DNA of 64,000 nt, from the NCBI RefSeq assembly GCF_021869535.1, contig NW_026262690.1, forward strand, positions 7,192,001-7,256,000. The letters run 5' to 3'. Under the pieces are notes generated by a model. It searched no databases and was not told the DNA's origin. It saw nothing but the letters and a program-made list of their open reading frames with translations. Positions 13,266-24,973 of this stretch are shown here, piece after piece. Made by a program: the position numbers and the translations under genes. Source of the stretch: Mytilus californianus. Taxonomy: Eukaryota. Positions within the stretch are counted from its first letter, which is position 1; each line of letters begins with the position of its first letter.

Positions 13266-14174
13266 GAGTCTACACTCTTGAAACACGAGATATACATATA
13301 CATTGTAGACATCTCGATGTCGACGATGCAAATAATTATACATGACAGTTTATATACAATGTTAATGATATAAACACGATATCATGAGTATAATGTTGAC
13401 ATCGATTAATTTATTCTGTATATATTTACAAATTGGGAACAACTTATCAATTTGTGAGTTACTGTACTGCTACTGACAGTTTTGTTGTTCTCGAAGACTT
13501 AGACGTGTAGTTTCCGCCATCACCAATTGTAAAGTTTTTCGATTCGGCCATCAAGGCGAGACATACTTCTGTTTTAACAGTTTTTTGTAATCACGTGTAG
13601 TTTAACGTCATCTACAAACTAATCTTGATTACCTTCCTATTTCTGTTGCCACGATTTGAACTTGCACTAGTCCGGTAAATGTCTTGCTTCTGTTTCGCTC
13701 GACACGTCAAAGTTATACATGGGCAATCTTGTCAAAACTCAATGTAATTATTGGGCAATCGGTTTATCTAAACTAAGAAAATGGCAGCTAGTTTACTCAA
13801 ACTCCTTTTTGTATCTTGATTTATTCCGATTTTCTTATCAGGAGTAGTGCATATATGCATAAAGAAAATGTTGGACAAACGTCTATAGGCAATAACCATC
13901 CGACAAAAATAACCAAAGGACATCTAGAGGTCAACATACAGTCTTTAACAATAGACAGTTGTCTGTACAATTATGACAGCTCTAAATCGTCCAGATTCTA
14001 AAAATGTGTCACTAAATTTAAGAGAAGCAATTATAGATCTGCCATTAATCTAATTCTCCAAATAGCGAAAAACAGTAAGATATGACATACGACAACTTCT
14101 TACGATGTTCCTGACTGGTAAAGACATATACAAACGCGGCGGTGTTAAACTTGTATAAAGGGCTCAAGCCTCCC

Positions 14175-14872
14175 TTTTTATACGCCCGTCAAATTTTTGA
14201 CGAGACGTATTATAGTATACAAATGTCCGGCGTCCGTCTGTCTGTCTGTCCGTCCGTCTGTCTGTCCGTCTGTCTGTCTGTCCGGCGTAAACATGTCGCA
14301 CCGTAACTTGAGAATGACTTATCCAAATTTCATGAAACTTAACATAGTTGTTTCTTATGATGGTCAAACGATCTGTATACTTTTTGGTGATAATAAGATT
14401 AAAAATTTTGAGTTACGGGACTTAGTAACTAAAACAGGTGTGTGTTTTTTTTTCACATGTCGCGCCGTATCTCAAAAACAATTTATGATTATTGCTTAAA
14501 ACTTTACACACTTCTTAGTTATATTAATCTTAAGATCTGTATACTTTTTGGTGATGATTCAAAATTTTGTTTTAGAGATATTGAGTATTTTGTTAAAAAA
14601 GGGGGAGGGGTTTTTCACATGTCGCGCCGTATCTCAAAGACAGTTTATGACTATTGCTTAAAACTTTACACACTTCTTAGTTATATTAATCTTAAGATCT
14701 GTATACTTTTTGGTTTTGATTCAAAATTTTATTTTAGAGATATTGAGTTTTTTGTAAAAAGAAAGGGGGGTTTTCGCATGTCACGCCGTATGTCAGAAAC
14801 TATTTATGCTTATTGCATAAAAATTCACACACAAGACGACGGGCGTATCATGCGCTCATGGCGCAGCTGTTT
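14175..14872 (+). mobile_element. Complete HINE (Helentron-type, DINE-1/pearl-like)
   Basis: T-rich start; subterminal IR ATACGCCCGTC (14180-14190) / GACGGGCGTAT (14838-14848); 5' hairpin; (GTCT/GTCC)n microsatellite; internal tandem repeats; 3' stem-loop TGCGC-TCATG-GCGCA followed by TTT. Confidence 0.85.
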
Positions 14873-15295
14873 ATTTTATCCTCGATCAGTAGCTAACAAA
14901 ATGAAAAAATTAAAACCAAAGCAGTAAAGGCACTTGGTATGATCGGTAAATAAGCAAATACAAAATACAGTTATTTTAATCTTTTAAATTAATTCTGAAA
15001 GGCGGAAACGTTCATTAAGAAATGCATGTGCTGCCCTGTTGACAACCGAAAAAAAAACCCATCTTGCTCAAGACAGACTGACAATTAATAATCTGTCCCA
15101 CTAAATGCAGGAAATAGTGTACAAAAGTGAAAATATAGACGGTCAATTGACCAAAGAGATTTCTTTGCAATTAAGCTATTATGACGCCACAGACGTTAAA
15201 TCTCGCGTAGCAACGAAAAAGACTCACAACGTTATAAATAACGTTGTTTCTGTTAGGTAGATTTTGGGGCAATCGGTTTATCTAAATTCAACAAC

Positions 15296-16879
15296 ATGGC
15301 GAATACTAGCAGTGATGAGGCAAATCAAATGATGCCAATTTTGGAAGAGGAAAGTGTAACAGATGTGCAACATGATGTAGAAGAAGAGAAAATCAACACA
15401 AATCAAGAAAATGAAGGGCATAAGGATGAACAAGATACCGTAGATGAAAACAAGCCTAACGGTACCGTAGATGAAGAGGCTACAATAGAAGAAAGGGAAG
15501 TTGAGGAAAAAGAAGACCAGGATCCAGATACGGACTTAGAAATTGAAGAAGAAAAGAAAAAAGAAGACCAGGATCCAGATACGGACCTAGAAATTGAAGA
15601 AGAAAAGTCAGAGTTTGATTCCAATATGCGAGGAGTTTATTTGTGTGCATGCAAACATCTGGGTGTTGTACCGTGTTCTTTTTTCTTAAGGCATTTGAAT
15701 GATAAAGAATTGAAATTGAGGCATCATGGTCTAGGTAAACTTGGTGCAAAAGCAATAGCCTTGCCTATGCAGAGCAATACATCAACCCTCATCCTAGATC
15801 TTCATGATAATTGGTTGGAGGCTGAAGGTGGTGTAGCAATTGCTTCGATGTTATTGGAGAATTGTTACATTTCCGATGTTGACTTGTCCGATAATCGTCT
15901 GGGAAGCAGAGGTATAGGATCTGTCTGCAACATGCTAATGCAAAACACTGTTATTCAAAATATAAACTTGTCCGGAAATGACATTTCAGATCATGATGCT
16001 AAAAGTATGGCGGACGCTATAAACGAAAATAACCGTATCAGACATTTAAACCTGAGTCACAACGAATTTTCTGAAAAAGCCGGAAGTATCATCGGACCAG
16101 CCGTTTCCGAAAACGAGACAATTGACAATTTGAATTTAAGTTGGAATCATTTTAGACGCACCAGTGCAGTAAAGCTATGTGAGGGAATTTCGGAAAACAT
16201 GGGCCTTCGGAAAGTTAATTTATCAATGAATGGCTTTGATGATGATGTTGCGTTTGCTATTGCTGACATTATTAAGAAGCACCATGCTCTTTTAATTTTG
16301 GACGTTAGTTATAACAGAATAGCAAATGCTGGGGCAATGGTGATCGGAAAGGCTTTAGAGGTTAATGATGTGTTACAAACATTTAAAATAGGTCATAACA
16401 AATTTGGTGTTGAGGGAGCAAAGGCTATATTACAAGGAATTAGCTCTGCTAATTCGATCGTTGGAGAACTTGACATAAGTGGTGTTGAAGTTGACAAAGA
16501 ATTCTTGATAATGATGAAAGAACTGGATAAAATACGACCCGTCAAAGTTATACATGGGCCAATTTTGTCAAAGTTTATTATAAAAAAGAGGATGAGATCA
16601 GAGGACGACGCTCTGTATTTTGATGTTCCGAAGGAAACTGTCAACCCTTCAAACATTTTAGATCTGGTATGTAATTACTGTATGAAAAATACAATAGATG
16701 TTCACGAGTTCCTAGAAGGAAAGTGTGACGAGAAAAAGAAAGTAGAAATTCCTGTGTTTTTATCCTGCTTGAAATCAGCTGGACTTTTACTAACCGAAGA
16801 TCAGAATAAACTTCTCAATATATTGCTTGAAGAATGTGTTGACGAAAACTTGATTGATGTGAGCATTTTCTTGGAGTAA
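15296..16879 (+). CDS. LRRC74A: LRRC74-like protein, 527 aa, single exon: acidic N-terminus, RNI-like LRRs, degenerate EF-hand-like C-terminus
   Basis: Uninterrupted ORF. DTDLE motif; YLCACKHLGVVP..LKLRHHGLGKLGAKAIA; regularly spaced LxLSxNxL repeats. The A versus B paralog assignment is uncertain. Confidence 0.75.
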   Translation: MANTSSDEANQMMPILEEESVTDVQHDVEEEKINTNQENEGHKDEQDTVDENKPNGTVDEEATIEEREVEEKEDQDPDTDLEIEEEKKKEDQDPDTDLEIEEEKSEFDSNMRGVYLCACKHLGVVPCSFFLRHLNDKELKLRHHGLGKLGAKAIALPMQSNTSTLILDLHDNWLEAEGGVAIASMLLENCYISDVDLSDNRLGSRGIGSVCNMLMQNTVIQNINLSGNDISDHDAKSMADAINENNRIRHLNLSHNEFSEKAGSIIGPAVSENETIDNLNLSWNHFRRTSAVKLCEGISENMGLRKVNLSMNGFDDDVAFAIADIIKKHHALLILDVSYNRIANAGAMVIGKALEVNDVLQTFKIGHNKFGVEGAKAILQGISSANSIVGELDISGVEVDKEFLIMMKELDKIRPVKVIHGPILSKFIIKKRMRSEDDALYFDVPKETVNPSNILDLVCNYCMKNTIDVHEFLEGKCDEKKKVEIPVFLSCLKSAGLLLTEDQNKLLNILLEECVDENLIDVSIFLE

Positions 16880-17302
16880 GAATTAAATTCACGTATTGAA
16901 AATATGAGGACTTTGTTATTTTGTATACTCTACATTTTTTTGCATACTTACATCCCGCTTTAATCAACGGGAAACGATCTGAAACCCTTCCTTCCTTTCA
17001 AGCAAATTTTGTCAGAATACATTTAGGAGTTTTGTTAGTTCTTTGGAATTGTATTTAAAATGCAATGACATATTATATTTTAAAACTTGATTTATGTGTA
17101 GTTTACAGATTCTGTAGTTTGTGAGAAACGCAAAAACTGATATATAATTTTTGTATAACTTGTTTTGCTGATTAAATTTTCTATCTACTTCAGTTTCGGA
17201 CTGAAATGTGTTATCATCGTCATTGAAGCGCAATAACTCCTATCTTAAGGAGTAGACTGGCGATTAACGGCATTTTATTTTTTGTATATATATATATATA
17301 TA

Positions 17303-18774
17303 CAAGTCTAAATTGAAAACAACGTTCAAACCTATGATTGCGTTGGATAAAAACCGCAATTTTTATACGTGTGCATGCAAAACAAATTTCTTGTTAGAGG
17401 GGTCTAAATACAGCACAAACAACATTTTCCAAAAGACCAAAAAAAGTGAAAAAGTATATTTTAACAAACCGCATTTGACTAACAGGTCGAACAACAAATG
17501 TTCTTAAACCCTGTTGACTGCCATTGGCGATTGCCAAATAAACGGATCACCGATGTAATAAATGGATCTTAATTATAAATTTAATACTAAACAGAAAACA
17601 ATAAACTTGCGGAAAGGATGGTATACCGCAAACAAAAGATGCAAAGGTTTTTGTACACCATATCCGGATTTCGACAATTAATGTCTCTTCAGTGTCGTTA
17701 GGAATCGAAACGGTATTTGGAAAGCCATACAATTTACCTCAATTTAGGATAGACTCTTGAATTTTGAGGAGTCAAAATAGGATGAACGGATCATATAAAC
17801 CCGAAGGCAAATATAATACAAGCCCAAACGAAAAAATATAAACAAGTCTAAATTGAAAACAACGTTCGAACCTATGATTGCGTTGGATAAAAACCGCAAT
17901 TTTTATACGTGTGCATGCAAAACAAATTTCTTGTTAGATGGGTCTAAATACAGCACAAACAACATTTTCCAAAAGACCAAAAAGGTGAAAAAGTATATTT
18001 TAACAAACCGCATTTGACTAACAGGTCGAACAACAAATGTTCTTAAACCCTGTTGACTGCCATTGGCGATTGCCAAATAAACGGATCACCGATGTAATAA
18101 ATGGATCTTAATTATAAATTTAATACTAAACAGAAAACAATAAACTTGCGGAAAGGATGGTATACCGCAAACAAAAGGTGCAAAGGTTTTTGTACACCAT
18201 ATCCAGATTTCGACAATTAATGTCTCTTCAGTGATGTTAGGGATCGAAACGGTATTTGGAAAGCCATACAATTTACCTCAATTTAGGATAGACTCTTGAA
18301 TTTTGAGGAGTCAAAATAGGATGAACGGATCATATAAACCCGAAGGCAAATATAATACAAGCCCAAACGAAAAAATATAAACAAGTCTAAATTGAAAACA
18401 ACGTTCAAACCTATGATTGCGTTGGATAAAAACCGCAATTTTTATACGTGTGCATGCAAAACAAATTTCTTGGTAGAGGGGTCTAAATACAGCACAAACA
18501 ACATTTTCCAAATGACCAAAAAAGTGAAAAAGTATATTTTAACAAAACGCATTTGACTAGCAGGTCGAACAACTGATGTTCTTAAACCTTGCTGACTGCC
18601 ATTGGCGATTGCCAAATAAACGGATCACCAGATGTAACAAAATGGATCTTATAATAATTTATTACCAAACAGAAAACAATAAACTTGCGGAAAAGATGGT
18701 ATACCGCAAACATGAGGTGCAAAAATTTGTACATCATATCCGGATTTCGACAATTAATGTCTCTTAAGTGATAT
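17303..18774 (-). mobile_element. Retrozyme-like tandem array, unit 537-539 bp, about 2.7 copies, flanked by (TA)n
   Basis: Near-identical units (paired ORF-track entries 17547 and 18086 differ by 539). One hammerhead motif per unit on the minus strand. No coding capacity. Confidence 0.85.
18194..18237 (-). ncRNA. Minimal type I hammerhead ribozyme (best-preserved copy); other copies at 17655-17698 and 18731-18774
   Basis: Minus strand reads ACAUCA-CUGAAGA-GACA-UUAAU-UGUC-GAA-AUCUGGAU-A-UGGUGU: 6-bp stem I, intact core, 4-bp stem II, near-palindromic stem III, AUA cleavage triplet. Confidence 0.85.
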
Positions 18775-18829
18775 ATATATTTATCATAATTTATATTTAG
18801 TACAAAATACAGCAATTTTGTATATCTAA

Positions 18830-19745
18830 TAAAGGTTCTTTTTTCCCGTCTGTATCACCTACCCTGTATCGCATACCCCGTATCGCATAGCTAAACCCGT
18901 ATCGCATACCCCGTACCGCATAGCTAAATCCGTATCGCATACCTGGCGTGACGTCATAAATCAAATGACGTCAACGTTTGACCTATGACGTCCAGTTGCT
19001 GTATTTCCTGGCATAGGAAAAAAGTGAGTTCCCACTCAAGAAATGTCATATCATTTCAACTAAAATCGATATTTTCCCAGTAACTTTATAAACGATTTTT
19101 ATAAAATAGATACAATAAGTTTTTTAGTGGGAACTCACTTTTGTCCAATGACTGTGTATATAGGAATCCCCTGTTTGTCTGTTAATAATCTTTGAATAGA
19201 TGATACTTGGTAACATTGTTGTCCATATTTATGTATACATGCAAATGAGTTCAGATTGTAGTATAATGATTAAACTTAACAACAAATATTGGGAAGGTGG
19301 GTTGTATTCTACAGGAGGGAACAGTTGACACTATTGTTAGTGAATGCTTTTAAATATATGGTCTTAAAGTATATTATTTGCCAGTTCATAGCTCTATATT
19401 GAGCATGTAATAAGGTTGTAGGGGACATTACGATGTGGATATTAAGCAAATAAGGAAGTCTATAAAAAAACTAAGTCAGCTGGAAAAATACAGGAAAATC
19501 CTTATGTTCTTTTGTTTGTTATATTTTCGGACGATTTAAAAAAACGTATATCACATTAATCTGATTCTATTTAAATATATGATAAACAGAATAATACATG
19601 ACAAAATCCGTATCGCATGCTGTATCACCACGAGAAACCAATATCTGTCCCGAGGGCCGAAGGTCCCGAGGACTGATATTGGTTTCTCGTGGTGATACAG
19701 CATGCGATACGGATTTTGCCATGTATTATTCTATATATATATATC
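18830..19745. mobile_element. Unclassified repeat region with CGTATCGCATA motifs and inverted repeats
   Basis: CGTATCGCATA cluster at 18865-18945; 16-bp IR at 19021-19036 / 19126-19141; hairpin with 58-bp arms at 19588-19732 containing the same motif. Confidence 0.5.
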
Positions 19746-19914
19746 CTGTTTTGCTGCTTATACTTTTTATTTATTACAGGTTTCGCCGAAACGCTTTAAG
19801 CTGGGTGAATATCGTCAATTAAGGGCAATAACTCCTATAACTTTCCATGATAGCAGTAAAATAAGCAAAATATTCGTAAAATACGCAACATTTTAGAGTA
19901 GGAGCAAAGACCGG

Positions 19915-20110
19915 TCGGCTGGTAGTCAAAATAATATGTCCGGGTATGTTGACATGTCTTACAGGGGACTGTTACCTTTTGAACTAGCACGTTGAAAATC
20001 CGTCTCAGCGAGTCCGTCTAGTACAAACCAGGCTTCATATTCATATCCCATTGATATATTCTCGTCCTATTCATGTAATATTTTGCCACCGGTGTTAAAT
20101 ACCAATACCA
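19915..20110 (+). mobile_element. SINE body fragment, diverged
   Basis: GC-richer island resembling, from memory, a common molluscan SINE 3' domain. No database check. Confidence 0.5.
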
Positions 20111-20329
20111 CGTACAATCATCATTTAACTTTTTTTTAAATACGTTTAGACGACCAATCGTTTTGTATGTATTTGATCGACTTTAAGCGCTTGCTACCGT
20201 TGGAATGATGGTGGCCAAGTTTGGTTCCAATTAGGCCAATAGTTTTAGAGGAAAAAATGTTTTATAAAAGTGAAAGGACGACAAAAGATGAATGCAAATT
20301 GATGGCAATAGCTCACTTTGGAACTAAAA

Positions 20330-21290
20330 TGATTTTAAGACCAAGATTAACTTCTATTTGAAAAAATCTTCATTGGGGTATTTAGTTAAAAAATATGTCC
20401 CATGATCCCGCCGACAAGGCTAAAACTAGAAAATAGGGGTAAGATTAAAGTTTTTGTCTTGAAAACTGCTTTATATAGAGAAAATCTGACAGGGGCAGAC
20501 ATGTTTAGAATAATGAGATCTATCTACTGTTCATTCAAGTCAGAACTGTCAGACCACTTCTTATAGGAGTTGTTGCCCTAGAATGACGAATTTTACATTT
20601 TTTTTCTTCATTTTTTGCCTATTATCTTGAAAAGTATAATAGATAAATAGAAATATTAAAATGCAAAATGATCAGCCAAACAAGTTCTACAAATAAGAAA
20701 TATGGCTAAAATCGTTAGTTGCCTCCTTATTGGAGTTATTGCCCTCAATCTAATTAAATATAGAACTCGGATTTCAGAAACAAGATCTACAAATTGGTCA
20801 ACATGGCTGAAATTGTCTCTTTAGAGGAGTCATTGCCATTTGAAGACGATTTTTCTCCAATTTTTTGGTGTTACAACTTATTATTTAAAACTATAATATA
20901 TAGAAAGAAACTTAAAAAAAAAACATCAGATAAGATCTGCAAACAAGTCAATATTGCCGAAATCGTTGGTTAACTTTTAATACAAGTTATTGCTCTTAAA
21001 TGACGATTTTTTTACCAATTTTTTCCTATCATCTTGAAAACTATAATAGATTATATAAAAGTAAAACAGCAAATAATAATAGTAGGACAAGATATACAAA
21101 TATGTCAGAATTGCCGAATATGTCAGTCGACTCACAGTGACTTCTTGCTTGAGTTAAATTGTTGCCATAGATGACGATTTTTGCCTCTTTTTTTCTTTTT
21201 TCTTTTTGGGCACACATTTTAGACAATAGAGAGAAACTTTAAACTGTAAAAATTATCAGCAAGCCACGATTAACAAAAAAAGAGATTTTA
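20330..21290 (+). mobile_element. Decayed HINE-type internal repeats
   Basis: Recurrent GAGTTATTGCCCT, AAGATCTAC and GATAGAGAAA motifs shared with the elements at 53655-55050 and 62929-63934. Confidence 0.55.
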
Positions 21291-21809
21291 GTCATGAACT
21301 ATATTATAGTCTACAATGTTGGAGAGAGTGGCCATATGGCTCTTTAGAACCTTTATGTATAGATCTAATCCCTGTCCCTTTTAACCTCAATCAGTAAATT
21401 ACCAAACCTAACATGAAAGAACAAACAATAATATTGGCGCAATTGATACATCTCAAAAATAACAATTGGTGCAAAAGGACTGCTGCAATAAATCGGTACA
21501 GGGAAAGCACCTAATTCGTTAATAATTACATAAGGATAACGAAAACACGATTAAAAAAAAACTATCATGAACAATACCGTATCACTGAAGACGTATTGTT
21601 ATTAGAAATAAGCTGAAAATTAATCTGCTGACATGGAATAATTATGTCCTACATCCTTATATCGGTATCTCGGTGTACTTCACAACTTAAATTTCATTCA
21701 CCGACGTCGTAAGCGGTACTGGAAGACACGATTTAGTGCATAGCCCAGTACAAACTTGTTCAGAATTCCAAAGCAGAAAAACGAACGGAACATTGTATCT
21801 CGGATGGTT

Positions 21810-21970
21810 AATATAAAAAAGAAGATGTGGTATGATTGCCCATGAGACAACTCTCCACAAGAGACCAAATGACACAGAAATTAACAACTATAGGTCACCG
21901 TACGGCCTTCAACAATGAGCAAAGCCCATACCGCACAGTCAGCTATAAAAGGCCCCGAAATGACAATGAA
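21810..21970 (+). repeat. Interspersed repeat; second copy at about 61392-61560
   Basis: GAAGAT(G/A)TGGTATGA..TGCC(C/A)ATGAGACAACTCTCCA...CAGCTATAAA(A/G)GGCCCC occurs at both loci. Confidence 0.75.
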
Positions 21971-23589
21971 GTTTGTCTCATTGGAAATCATACCACATCT
22001 TCCTATTTTATATTGTAATCTTACTTCCAACAAAAAAGTTTAATTAGTCGTAAACTTGTTCACTTTATAAATAATACCGCACCGTAAAAAGTTGTGTGTC
22101 ATATACAGCTTATTATTTATTCCAACATCCTAATGTATACTTGGATTTATTTTCTTCTTCTAATGTACTCCCTTAAGTTGGTATGTTATTCCTCACGACA
22201 AAATTATAAAAAAGGTCATTTACTAGCAAGAAAAACAATATCTGTATTCAATTAAAGTAAAACAGAAATACCAGACATAAAAAAAAATGCAATGACGTTG
22301 CGCAAGCCTGTTGGCACGAATTCCATTTTGCTATAGATTATCATAAAAACCAATGCGTTAACTAGTCAGCTCGTTAAATATAGTGATTTTTGGTTGAATT
22401 GAGTTTAATATGCTTGAAAATAACGAAAAATAAGATTCGAAATTCAAAATATCAAAAATGATAACACTAAAATCTCCGTTTTTACCCAAAACGTCATGTC
22501 CAACTTTTCATTTTGTGTACCATGTCTCCAGTCATCGTAAAACTTGACAAGAATATTGCTTTTTATAGTTATTTCCATGGTTAAACAAAATCAACATCAC
22601 TGAAACTGTAAACCGGAAAATGTCATGTTTGAAAACGATCCGAAAAATGTCCAAGTATATGCAATGTAAGCATATATATATCGGGTTGGTGAATTTATAT
22701 CGTAAAATTGGACAAGCTAGGAGAGGAAAAAATTATAGTATAAAAAGTACATTAACTTTATTCTTGGTTCATGATATTTTCTTGCCGGAAACATGAGTAT
22801 ATAGTCACTACCGCAATGACTTCAAAAGGTAAAGCTATCTAGTCACAACGGAAAAAAACGTTACTTTTTTTTTTACAATTGAGGTTTTGGCCGGCTGTAT
22901 ATCACATAAGCCTGGTTAGATCAAAGAAAATAAAAATTGGTGATAAAAGTACTTAAGTTCTTTCTTTCTTAAACTAAATAGTTAATAAAGTTTCTCGTTA
23001 GGAAACCAGATTTATGTTTAGGGGGAAATGGTCAATTCAATATAGGATTTATAATAAAATAAAAATCTGTGTAAATTTGGAAACTAATGCATGCATTTAT
23101 TAATGAGAAATTCTGGCAAAATTCATTAGAAAAATATATGCGACCACTTACAATTAAATCATTCAAATAGGGAACGTCGATCAACACTCTATCGATCACT
23201 AGTAACAACATCGTGCGCAACGTCAATGGTCTGTCAAAATCTCTTTACAAGATGATTTTAATCGTATTTGTCCGGAAGATTTCAAATATGAGTTATACTG
23301 TTTATATTTTGCATAGATGGTACTTATCTGGTTTTAAGTTAGGTTGTCACGCTTTTTTTTAAGTACTCCAAGTCACTGCAAACAAAGCAAAATTGAAAAA
23401 TCATTTATTTTGGCAATGACTCACTAGCTTTACTTTCATCCCAGTGTGTTCGATCGCCAGGAGTTACATACAAAATAAATCTTATTTCTCCGCTACTTAT
23501 GAGATAAACACTTTTAAATTTATACATTTCGTGCGTCCGAAGCGCTTTTCTGGATTTACCTTTGTCATGAACGCTCAAATTTAAACATT

Positions 23590-23800
23590 TGAAGAGGCCT
23601 CTCCGGTCGAGAGGTTGAAGCAGGTATCTACTGCATCACTAGCTCGTCAACACTGAGGTTGTGAGTTCAAATCAAATCTAGGATTGCAAGTTTTTCTGTC
23701 GAGGGTCGTTGGTTCTCTCTGGCTTCCTTCACTAATAAAAACTGGCCACCACGAAATAGCCAATAGTACTGAAAGTGGCGTTAAACACCAAATAATCAAA
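23590..23800 (+). mobile_element. tRNA-derived SINE, diverged
   Basis: B-box-like GAGTTCAAATC, a central GGTTCTCTCTGGCTTCCTTC segment and an AAGTGGCGTTAAACACC tail. Confidence 0.6.
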
Positions 23801-24253
23801 CAATATAAACATTTGAAAGCTAGGAATGCGTAAATACGATGCCATGTGTATGTCAGAGAGTATGCAGTCCATATTCTAGTTGAAGACCATCCAGAAATTA
23901 AATCAAAAATGTGTTTTACACTACTTTCTCTGTGCGAATTCAGTATAGTTTAGTTAAACCATATTTTATTGTTCGAAAACTAAACAAACGGATAAGACAC
24001 AAGTTTTACAATTCAGTATTTGTTTTCCATAAGAATATTATTTACCTAATGGACACAAATCAATATACAAACGAAAGATATCATTCTTTTGCAAAGATTT
24101 TCACTAAAATACTCTAGGAGATAAAGTTCAAATTTCCCAATTGTTCAGAGTAATTGAGAATTACATATTTTAAGACTATTTTACTTCCACAATATGCAAC
24201 GTCAAGCACCAACAAGAAACACTCAAGAATAGTTTGTATCTGTATATATTTTT

Positions 24254-24973
24254 TTAAGATTCCAGGCTTGAAAGCAGATATTGGTAAAGATTAAATTTTG
24301 GTGATGACTCTTCGTTTTCGTTTTCTGTGTCGTAGTTTCTTCTGTAGTTTGACTGAAAGTTCCTACGCACGGGTGATCTAACATACCTACTACACTCATC
24401 AAAACAAACTAGTCTGTCCAATTTACATTCCAGGGCACACCGTTTAAATTCCATTCTAGTTCGTGAGTAAATACGGCATGGCCACTCACAGGTTAAAGTC
24501 AGATTGATGCATTCACGTTTACACTCGTGCCATACTGTAAGATAACTATTACTGGACCATCTTGCTGACACTACCATCAAATTTAAAAAAAGAGGTAAAA
24601 CACAATATATTGTCTTCTGAAATAAAATATATTAGAAAATATAATATCATTGTCCCAAAAGTTAAATTTAAATTATGGTTTTTTTTTTGTTGTAAAATTA
24701 TTTCGTTGTAAGTACACGTTGCTATTTTCTTTTGTTTCAATTGTTTTCCGTTTCCTTAAAAAAACATAAAACCGATTAAATTTGTCTAGATTTTTCCAGC
24801 TTTTGTGATTTCTATACTATACATCTTTTCAATAAGAAATACCCAGGACGAAGACATATATATTTATCTCACATGAAATACACAGTAGAAATTCTACATT
24901 CTTTCAAAGCTAACCATATCCAAAACATATACAGGACAAAATAGCAATAAATATTTCAGTTATAACTTACCAT
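24254..24973 (-). pseudogene. Secreted 8-Cys peptide precursor (CX3CX6CX3CX12CX3CX6CX3C, RR sites, acidic tail). Coding exons 24973-24915 and 24570-24254. The signal exon has a +1 frameshift in this sequence
   Basis: Exon 3 is open for 105 codons after a phase-1 acceptor. Exon 2 has a strong acceptor (24978), an ATG and a phase-1 donor GTTAGC, and reads IFIAILSCICFGY, but one extra base puts ATG GTA AGT TAT AAC TGA out of frame. Could be a null allele or an assembly error. Confidence 0.7.

Noticed and set aside
13480-13730. GC-richer, coding-looking stretch
   Set aside because: Stops occur in all frames examined and there is no recognisable motif.
14197-14927. ORFs of 100 and 161 aa
   Set aside because: They are translations of HINE microsatellite and internal tandem repeats.
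15200-15215. RFX X-box upstream of the LRRC74-like gene
   Set aside because: Only the TAGCAAC half-site is present, too short to support.
15403-16656. Minus-strand ORFs over the LRR gene (similarly over the LINE ORFs at 28554, 28910, 37795, 38150, 41662, 41960 and 42565)
   Set aside because: Antisense shadows of real coding sequence.
21581-21615. ATCA-CTGAAGA...GAAA hammerhead-like fragment
   Set aside because: Stem II and stem III cannot be formed; at most a decayed relic.
23152-23230. Minus-strand 79-nt exon-like segment (TTTTGACAG ... GTAAGT)
   Set aside because: Good splice signals, but I could not join it to any in-frame neighbour.
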